Below, in pieces: positions 55,191 to 64,000 of a stretch of 64,000 bases of DNA. Both the position numbers and the translations under genes were made by a program. The notes under the pieces are model-generated. The model was not told the origin of the DNA. It saw nothing but the letters and a program-made list of their open reading frames with translations, and ran no database searches. The stretch is from Blasia pusilla (lineage: Eukaryota), in contig CM114271.1 of the NCBI GenBank assembly GCA_050084515.1, positions 4,650,001 through 4,714,000 of the forward strand, read 5' to 3'. Numbering within the stretch: the stretch's first letter is position 1; every line of letters starts with the position of its first letter.

Positions 55191-58100
55191 GGAGAAATAA
55201 ATATATATGTAGAAAAAGGATGGGAGACCCATCCTTTTTCTAAAAGACAAATATAAAATATGTATAAAAAAAGGGGATGGGGAACCCATCACGATACAAA
55301 TGAGGGGGCAAAGAGAGCCAAAAAGGAAGACCTCAAGAGGCCAGAATCGGCCCCAAGCAGAAAGAAGGGGGCCTTCCCCCCTAACGACCAGAATCACCAA
55401 CAGCAGAGACAATATCAGCAACACCTACAGAACTATGACTACTACTAAGTGGGCCTCTAGCATTGGCGTCTCCAACTGCCTGAGCCCGCCGCAGAAGCCC
55501 ATTTTCCTGGGCGCACTGCAAAGCTATGGAGACCCGTTGCCTACAATAAAGTATCGCAGTGGCTAAGGACAACCCATTTCTCGACTGGAGATGATGGGTG
55601 CAATCCGTAAGGAACGAGTCAAACCTCTCTCCCATTGCCCCGTACATCTCAATGGCTAGGGGGATAAATTGATGTTCGTTATGAAGTCGACTGTAAATGT
55701 GGGTCTTCTTGACCGCCGCCGCCGCTCCTTGTAGCAATCTCCCTTGTGCTACCACTTGGGCTCGCAACGCCTCCCGCGTAGGATCCGTCACTACAACATC
55801 CGCTACCACCACCTCAGCCTCCCTCGTCATGTAGAGATCAGCACGGATAAGGGAATCCCGCATGGAGTAGTGCCTCTCTCTCTATACATGGAATCCACTC
55901 TCCCGAGCAATAGGGAACATAATATCCTACACTACATCGTGAGTGGCTATCCTCTCACCCCCAACTGGACACCGTGCCAAATGCACACCAAGTGGATCCA
56001 GACTCCGGCGACACTCGCAATGTGTCGAACCAACCACCGTTGGTTGGGGCATGCCCAGTCGGAACCTCATCGCTGTAGTGTAGGTAAGTGGTGCGATGCG
56101 GAAAGCCGGTATGAGGGGACGAGCTCCCATCCATGAGCCTGCCCCCTTTCCGGAGCAAGAGCGAATACGGGCCCGGACCTCCATGGGGATATTCCTGTCC
56201 GACATAGTAGCTCTAAACAATGCATCAAAGTTGGCTTCCATCAAAGAAGATTGGAGCCCCGACTGTCCGGAGGAAACTAGGGAAGAGAAAGCGGGAAGAA
56301 TTGCTCTAACCTAGACAAGAAGGGAGTCTCTACAAGCTGTAAGTGAAGACTGAATTGGGAAAAGACCATCCTCAATTTGGGAAACGTATTGTGAGAGTAG
56401 CGGTCTATCCCTAACCAAAAATCGGGAGCAAAGGAGGGGTGCTATAGTGGCCCAACTCCCTAAAAAGGCTGAAGACGCCACTAACTCAATCGCTATGAGA
56501 CCTACTCCACCAAAGGCAATTGGCCAAGAAGCCTGTCTACGAGCTAGCTCCCCCGCAGGGCACTCTAATGAGCCGGGTCCTAGAAGATCCCCAAACGCCT
56601 GCATAATCTTTCTATCAAAGGATCTATATAAGGAAGAAATATGGCTAGTCGCCCACACAGTTCTACACAGATAACCACGTCTACAGGCAAAACATGACGA
56701 GAGGATTCCATAAGCTACTTGAGGGTCACCAATCCTCGTGAGATCGTCGACGTGGAGGAGATCCTTGGTAAGAGCCGCCGCCACAAAACTCGATACAAAG
56801 TTCTGGCTCCCGAGTGGAACTCCCAAGACACGAAGCCCTCCAGCAGGTGTCAAAAAACCGTCGGGTAAATGAATATCCACTGACAAGCCTAATGAAGACC
56901 AAGCCTTGCACTTTCCCACCTTCACCGCAAGGCCGACATGTGCCAATTGTGCTGAGAAGTGCTGAAATGCAGGAACAACCAAGTCTCCAGGGCCAACAAT
57001 GTGAGTATCATCTACCAAAGAAGGGAAAATGCAACCCGAGAAAGCCTCCACCGTAGAAAGAACCGCTCGATAATGAGCCAAGGCAAACAATGCCCCCCCA
57101 AGGGATCACCCTGACGCGTCCCGATAGCAGACTCCAAGACCGTGACCTCCTCCTCAAACCTACCGTGGTGAAAATAGAGTGCCGAGGGAGCCCCATAAAA
57201 AGCATGCACGAAGGGAATCAGACTCGCTATGGGACCCCCTGCGTCTCTCAACTGCGTGAAGATAGCTGCTCGAGACACTGAGTTAAAGGCGTTCTCCACA
57301 TCAACTTGGAGAACCACCCACTCGGGATGTATGTCTAAACAAGCCCTCAAACCTAAGGCTACAGCCTCACAACCGGCTGGCGTGGCAACTCCAAACTGGT
57401 GTGGACTCAGATGTGACTGGAAAGCCTCACAGAACTGCAAAGCGATAGTGCAACTCACCAACCGCAAGAGCACCTCCCCTATGGCAATCGGATGGATCCC
57501 TCCACCCTCCTTCAATAACGCCAAAAGTCGCCCCGCCCAAAAACCTGGGCTACTGCTGTTGGCACTCTCCCCTGAGCTAGGTGAGAGGCAACCTGAAGCA
57601 ACTCGGAAAAGCCGCTAGCAGAGTCCTCGGGGGGAAAGCAATCACCAAGGTGTTCGTACATCATACCGGAAAACCCTCCAGCTGCTATCCTAGGGGAACG
57701 CCCAAGTGCCCGTGCAAAGAGGGACGGGTCTAGGCATAAGGTCGTGTCAGGATGGAAGTCACGTATAAATGCTGGGATGTCAACCACTGGACGAGGGTGT
57801 AGCCTCCGAAGGGCGTCAATGGTAACAGTGGAAGGAGGAGCCATATCCATAGGGCGGAGCGCACGAGCTGCTTGCGAGTACTCCCCGGCTCTCCCAAGTG
57901 TCCTACATCGTCGCAATCTGGCAGCCACAAGATCGTCCACTGGGAAACCACGTGGAGTGCTACCTCTGGCATATGCCATGAACTCGCTCTGCAGAGACTC
58001 CCAATCACCTCCTCGGAAGCGCCGCAATCAGGCCACAACCTCTCTATGGCCGGCCTTCCCTCCTCCCGTATAGCGAAGACACCATCGTGGAAGGAGAAGA

Positions 58101-58616
58101 AGTAGATATCACGGGAGCTCATCCATTGGATCAAGCGCGATCCTAGATAAGGGCAGGAGGAAAGACTGGCGAAGCTCATCCCGAATAGCATGGGGGATCC
58201 TATGAAACAACCTCGGGCAGGGAAAACGGGTCTCAAAGAGACCTGTGATGCTGCCAAGGTGGGACCTCAACCACTCCCATGCCTCGGGAGGGGGTGATGA
58301 TGCATGAAGCACCGGTGAGCATCCATGATCGACTGGAGGAACCACCCATCCAAATCTATCAAAGTCAGGATGTTTAGCCGCTAAATGGTTCTGAATTCCT
58401 GAACGAGTGAAGAATTCGGGACAACAAGGGCATTTCGTATCCCGGCTAGACAACCCACAAGCTCCTCCGCGAGGGGCTGATGCAGGTCGAGGCATGGACA
58501 CCTCTCACCAAGAAGAGAACATGACCCCCTCCATCAAACTCGAGAGACAAACCCCGCCAAAATCCGCCCCGCAACCCCCATTCGAACTAGCTCTAATGGT
58601 AATCAACTCTCTTCCC
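55191..58616 (-). mobile_element. Near full-length CRE-like non-LTR retrotransposon (single ORF: C2H2 finger, RT, CCHC, restriction-like endonuclease)
   Basis: CPCCPEFFTRSGIQNHLAAKH; RT motifs GIHPIAIGE, QFGV...GCE, LQVDVENAFNSV, GTRQGDPLG, SLVDDTHIVG, LGVPLG; CECRRSLDPLGVHLARC; THD...RE...RADL...ADVVVTDP...K..IY...FIPLAIEMYG...RQRVSIALQ. Flanked by the 8-bp direct repeat gtccacgg (55183-55190 and 58617-58624). Confidence 0.9.
55381..58501 (-). pseudogene. Disrupted RT-RLE polyprotein ORF (about 1040 codons) of the CRE-like element
   Basis: In-frame stops at 58109, 58028, 56311, 55927 and 55882, and frameshifts near 57530 and 57090, join the predicted ORF pieces into one protein. Confidence 0.88.
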
Positions 58617-58950
58617 GTCCACGGAAATGCTCTCCCTAGTATGAACTCTTATCTACCCTCTTCCCCTAGGACCTATGGCCCAACCCCTTCCCAAAAAAAT
58701 GTAGAGATAGTATGGAGGTACGAATCATCTGGAAAGAGAATAAATGGGAAATAGAGTGCGATAAGGGAGAAAAACATAAGTCAAACGTGAGCGAGAAACA
58801 TGTGTGACTACAAGATAAGGACATAGAGAAAAAAAGGGTGGTGTGGAATGACAACATGAGTTGTCTTGGAAACATTCAAGGCATGACAACGAAACGAGAC
58901 AACAAAGAAGCCCCTAATACCAACATGAGAAACCCCTAAAAAAACAAAAA

Positions 58951-59361
58951 TCTACAAAACACAATAAAATGAAAAATACTTCACTATAAGATTGATGCTA
59001 CGGATTAAAACGTGGAGGAAGTCGATATCTCCGTTTTGATATAACACACGACCCCCCTCCATCCTCCATCCCACCAGCAAAATAGGTCCCCCCTTCACAA
59101 TCCTGGCCGCCATCCCGTAGAGCGCCTCCGTCGTTGTCGTCATCCCGTAGAGCCGGTACAAAGGGCCGCCCAAACGAACGAACGCGAGCAAAAGAGGGGG
59201 CATGGAGACCCAAAAAATAGACCTCAAGAGGCCTACCTTGTCGATAGGTAGGCTTTTTTAAGCCTTCTTGTGTTGACACTTATACAAGAATATATTCAAC
59301 TAAGTGCTAACAAGAAAAACTAAAGGTTTTTCACCCCCGCATCTTGCGGGCAGTATCCTAG
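58951..59361 (+). mobile_element. Non-autonomous Helitron carrying a fragment of the CRE-like 3' UTR
   Basis: Candidate start A|TCTACAAAACACAATAAAA (tentative). The end CCCGCA-TCT-TGCGGG-CAGTATC-CTAG|T is a canonical Helitron 3' hairpin plus CTAG. 59189-59233 matches 55297-55342. Confidence 0.6.
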
Positions 59362-60148
59362 TCCTTTAAAATCTGGTCCTTTCGGTCTATAGTATTGCTC
59401 TAAGCTGATTTAAAAGATGAAATTATATTTTTAATTGGGTCCGTTCTAAGGCCATGAAGTGGTCGGAATGATGTCTCTTCGTCATCGAGGAAATCTGGAA
59501 TGGGAGAGTGATGAACCAAGAGGGCGTGTCAATCTGCAACCCATCGAAATCATATTTATATACCAATGGGAGGATTCACTTTTTCTATTTGCCACTCCTT
59601 ATGACACATGTCTTTAGAGTTCCTAAGAAAAACTCTTGTCATCTTAATGAGTCATATAAAAACATTGAAATATGAATTACATGGGTTCATGCAAGGCACG
59701 GTTCCTTACGGGTCCTAACTACTGTGTTTTAAGGATGATTTCAAAATAATACCAACAATTTTGAAAAAAAATCCATAACAAGGCATGGGTTCTTCGCTAC
59801 ACACATGTTCTACTTGTGCATCACGATTAAGAAAGGGAAAATGGCACGGATGCCACGTGTCACCACCTAGTACCTTTAAAACTTGGAATAACATCCATGC
59901 AATGAATTGGATATTTCTTGTATTTTTATTTAAAATTTCATGAGTGAGAAGAGGAAAATGAAAATTTCATATATTAGGAAATGGAAATATTATTAAATAT
60001 ATGAAATTTAAATGAGGAAAATTTTGATTAACAAATCTAGATCACGGAAGGGACATGAAATTTTGGCAAGAAAAGATTTCCTTAAGGCCATTCCCATGGG
60101 CATTTTCTTGAAAATATTCAAGGCATGGTTGGTCGATTTGTCTAGATA

Positions 60149-60345
60149 TCTATATTAATTTTGGAAAATGCCCCTTCATTTTTCAAACTCCTCTCCTTTC
60201 GACATCTGGCATTTTCATCTAATAGGATCGTTCCCCTTTTGAAGCAAAAGAATCGCTTGGAATCAATTTGAAATGACAGTTGAGAATTGTGAGAGTTAAC
60301 TATGGGAGGCAATACATGCCCGTGCATGGCATGTGCTTACACTAG
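60149..60345 (+). mobile_element. Non-autonomous mini-Helitron, same family as 5667-5845
   Basis: Shares tgccc.ttcattttt.aaact.ctctcc and gagaatt.tgagagttaactat..gggagg with 5667-5845. Ends CCCGTGCATGGCATGTG-CTTACA-CTAG. Confidence 0.7.
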
Positions 60346-63300
60346 AATAGTCTTATTATAAATTTTAAAGGAAGAAATCCAAAAATTTAACCTGAATTTT
60401 ATTTTGGTCCATTAACCACTATTAGAGACCTAATTTCCAGGATAGATTATCATCACAATTTTTCTCAGGGATAGAATTTTATTCAAAAATATTCTCATAT
60501 ATTAGGATTATCCAATTTTGAAAAAAAATAATTAAAGCAAAGAATGGTACACACACACTTTTCTGTCAAAAAAATATTAATGAATATTCCAAATCCATCT
60601 AAACCCATTCTCTATTTAATTTAATAAAATTTCCCAAAAAAATGATTTCTTCCATTCATAATACTAAGAATAACAAATCATAGCTTTGGTTATTCGTCAA
60701 GGTGATTGTTAATTTCCTAACTAGTTTTAAATATTACGTACTAAGTTTATGTCTATTGGTCTTCTTTGCTGATTTCAAATGATTCACGTTTTCCCAATGT
60801 CTCATTTCATTTTTCCAAGAAAAAATCTCTCAAAAAATCATAGGGTTCATGAGTCTTGTGGATTATTTTAAATCTTAAGGAAGGAAACTATTTTCCTTCA
60901 AATTGGATATCACCTCAAAGAAGTTCAAAATTTTTGGTTGATCTTGACAAATAATATCAAAGTTGGCATGAGTTTATTTTCGTATACATACTCCCTTTAA
61001 CTTCGATCTTATATGTCCCGAAATCTTGTGTTCTCTAGGTCATGCTCTCTATACTGATCAGTACTCAAACACACTCACATGAGTCACAATTCAAGCCAAC
61101 CAGCCTTGTATCTTCGAAGTTTACTCTTGAGTCACCCTTCAAGCTCAACAAATCTATATCGGGTGAGATACCAACCTAACACTTCTCTCCCCAACACAGG
61201 AAAGTCATTCAAGGCTTGGGACAAAATTCCTTGATAGTCTAGGGAGTCAAAATTATTTTCGGTCCCAAGTCCATAATGGACCTTGAATGCATCTCAATCC
61301 GGGACTCAACATCTAAGTCACGTGTCAAGATCTAAGGCTCATATCCATAACTAGTCCACCTAGACTTGGCTTGGTATCAAAATTGCGATGACAACCTTTC
61401 AATCCATCTTGTGCCCTAAATTTACTCCCATGGTTCCCAAGGTGAGGTTTTGGTTCTTAACATCCTTGGAGACCTTCCCCCTTATATATAGTTCTAGAAA
61501 TCCCCACTCCTCCCTACAGCTAAGGAAGTTCTCTTAGGTCGCTCATTATGGTCCTCAACCCAACTATCGTTCCGACATCTCAAGAATGGTTTTAAGACTG
61601 CAACTCATGCATTTGTCCCGATTTTTTGTGTGTTGGAATCTAGTTATTCCAGATTTTAAACATCATCTTATTCATCCCAAATGCATATTATAGCTAATTG
61701 TTACGACCTCAATTATAGAAAAACCCCAAGCTCTCAATCAAGTTCCAAGCAAGGTTGCAATCCTAACTCTTTTCGGGCTTAAGATCTTTAATTTTAAGTC
61801 CTGCTTGGTGTTCGGTCACACTCTTTTAGGCCACAACTCTGATCATTTTCCATAAACCTCTGTATAAACTCAAAATTATCTACTTTTTAATATTTTAGGA
61901 AATTCTCAAAACAAGTCCAAACTTAGCTTGAGAAAAATTAGAATTTCATTAGTAGAAATAAACAAAGAATTGAGTTTCCAACCTAATGAAGAATTCATTG
62001 TTCTCATTATGAAAGTTGTAATTTGATGCTTGTGCAATGAACTAAAAAAAAAGGATCAAGATCAAGAAATATAACGAAAATAAATTAACATGAGATTCCA
62101 AAAAAAGGATCTATTTTGAAAATATTTCCGCATTTTTTTCTTATATTTTATACAGGTGTATCTAGCAAGAAAGTCTAGAGAATATTCTTGGAGATTCTTT
62201 CAAATGACGAAAAGGTTATTTTAGATTTTCTTACAAGTTCGATACTCTTAAGAGAGATTTTGGGCAGGTGTATACTTTTGAATATTTCTAAGAATGGAGA
62301 ACCTAATACATATTGTGTTTCGCAGTTAGAATGTGTAGAACTTTTTAATATATGTTTTAGTCATTTACAATCATATTTTTCAAGTCTACATAGATTGATG
62401 ATGTTAACCCAAACCCTAAACATTATATTTTTCTAGAAGAACAACTAGTCATGTGCAAGGAAAATGCAAGGTTAAAGAAAGAATCCTCATTACACCTCTC
62501 TCCATATTAATAAAATGGAACTAAGTCATTAGAAAAGACCCAGAGAAAACCTTCAAATAAAGAAGTGTTTGTTATTAAACTTTCACCTAATAATATCTAT
62601 ACAAATCTCACATGTTTAAAATAATATTAATGATTAAAGAGTTTTCTCGTAAATCGATGATGGCATGTATTAACCGCACAAAATTATGGTAACCCTAAAG
62701 GTCCAATGAGCGCATAGAACCGAGGCGAGGAGTATACTTGGCCGGTTGAAAACCAGAATTTTTGACCCCGGAAATGGGAATGCAGCTGTGTTTCGTATGA
62801 CATTGTCGCCTCGTTCGGAAACTGGATGTGCATGTGTTCTTGTTGCCCGTATTTCCCTGTTCACGGTGGAGACATGCCGGAAATATGTGGTTCCCGGGAC
62901 GAACTGGCCGGCTTTTTCCTGGCAAGCATTTTCAGCGGGCCGGACTGTTCCCGGGGGAGATTTTGGATACCGGAAAACAAATTTTCCACCGCAACCGTTA
63001 GATGGAAGGTCCGGACACATCTCCTCCCTCCGTAGTAGGGCTATTGTTAGGGGCCTTAGGGCAAGCCCCAAGTCAAGAGTGGAGACTCGAGAGTCTCGAG
63101 TCCGGATGGGAAGTGGCATTCGGGACTCGGGGAGTGGGCTTAGTGGGGTAGCTGGGGCATTCAGGGAATCGGGGGGTTCCTAGAGGCGGGGCCTCATTTG
63201 CGAGTTTCCACATTCGCTCAAGGCCTCCTGACGCTTGCCTCACTCGTCCTCTGAGCTCCTCTCGGTTCCTTCAATTCTGTCCTTGGATTGCTTCCGCCCA

Positions 63301-63649
63301 CGCGCCCCACTCTCTTTGTAAGGATCTTTGACTCTCAGAGTCTTGCTGCCTTGCACTTTGCCTTCTCACTTTCGTCTAGTTCAGGCTGTTGTCCAATCCA
63401 GGCTCCACATCTGAGAGCTCCTAGGCCCTCAACTCCTCACGTTTTGGCGCCTTTTCGCTCTTATTTGTGATAGTTTGGGAACTTTGGATCTAGCGACTCT
63501 CGACTCAACGCCTTTTTGCTCGTCTTTATGACAGTTTGAGTCTCACGACTCTTGCTTGTGGTAGTGGTGCCTGGTATTTCCTGCCTCACATTTTTTCTCA
63601 CCCGTGACTCCTTTTTTCTTTTCGTGACTCTCGCTGCAGATTTATGCCT

Positions 63650-63693
63650 GCCTCACATCGTTTTCTTGCCCGCCTCACATCATTTTCTTGCCC
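63650..63693. repeat. 22-bp tandem duplication within a pyrimidine-rich region
   Basis: gcctcacatc.ttttcttgccc occurs twice; gcctcaca also occurs at about 63583 and 63872. Confidence 0.75.
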
Positions 63694-64000
63694 GCGGACT
63701 GTCACAATTTCAATACGCCCTAGGTCTACATTGCAAAGCCGGTTAGGATCTTGGGAACGTCTCTTGTTTATGGCTTGTGCTATAGTTCCTCGTACTGTTC
63801 TTGGCTTCTAAACCCTATAGGTCGGGTGGATCATTTCCCTAAAAGGCCGCCATTGTTTGCTGGTTTTCCTTGCCTCACAGCCTTTCCTTTCGTAACAAGT
63901 TTGACTATCCGACATCTTTAGCCGACTGCTTTCTTTACTCTGTTTGCTTCCACTAGCAACCAAGATTGCATCGTGTTGATTCCTGCTCTTGCATGAGTCA

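Overview
Eukaryotic, repeat-rich land-plant genomic DNA, probably from a non-seed plant (an inference from the transposon types). I could reconstruct two intact, convergent, spliced genes by hand, with GT-AG introns and consistent reading phases. One is a 6-exon gene on + (9284-12691, 250 aa) for an uncharacterised protein with a chloroplast transit peptide and twin-arginine thylakoid signal. The other is a 6-exon STICHEL-like clamp-loader ATPase gene on - (21701-15718, 1440 aa). The rest is largely transposon-derived: a decayed autonomous Helitron and several mini-Helitrons, a decayed Ty3/gypsy element whose pol ends in a PHD finger, an LTR with its PPT, and a copia remnant. The most notable element is a near full-length CRE-like non-LTR retrotransposon (C2H2 finger, RT, CCHC, restriction-like endonuclease) at 55191-58616. 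Three clear and one tentative 3'-end derivatives of it are scattered through the window. The copies have different candidate target-site duplications, the RT motif is LVDD instead of YxDD, and fold-back hairpins sit at several junctions. All assignments are by eye; no database searches were run.
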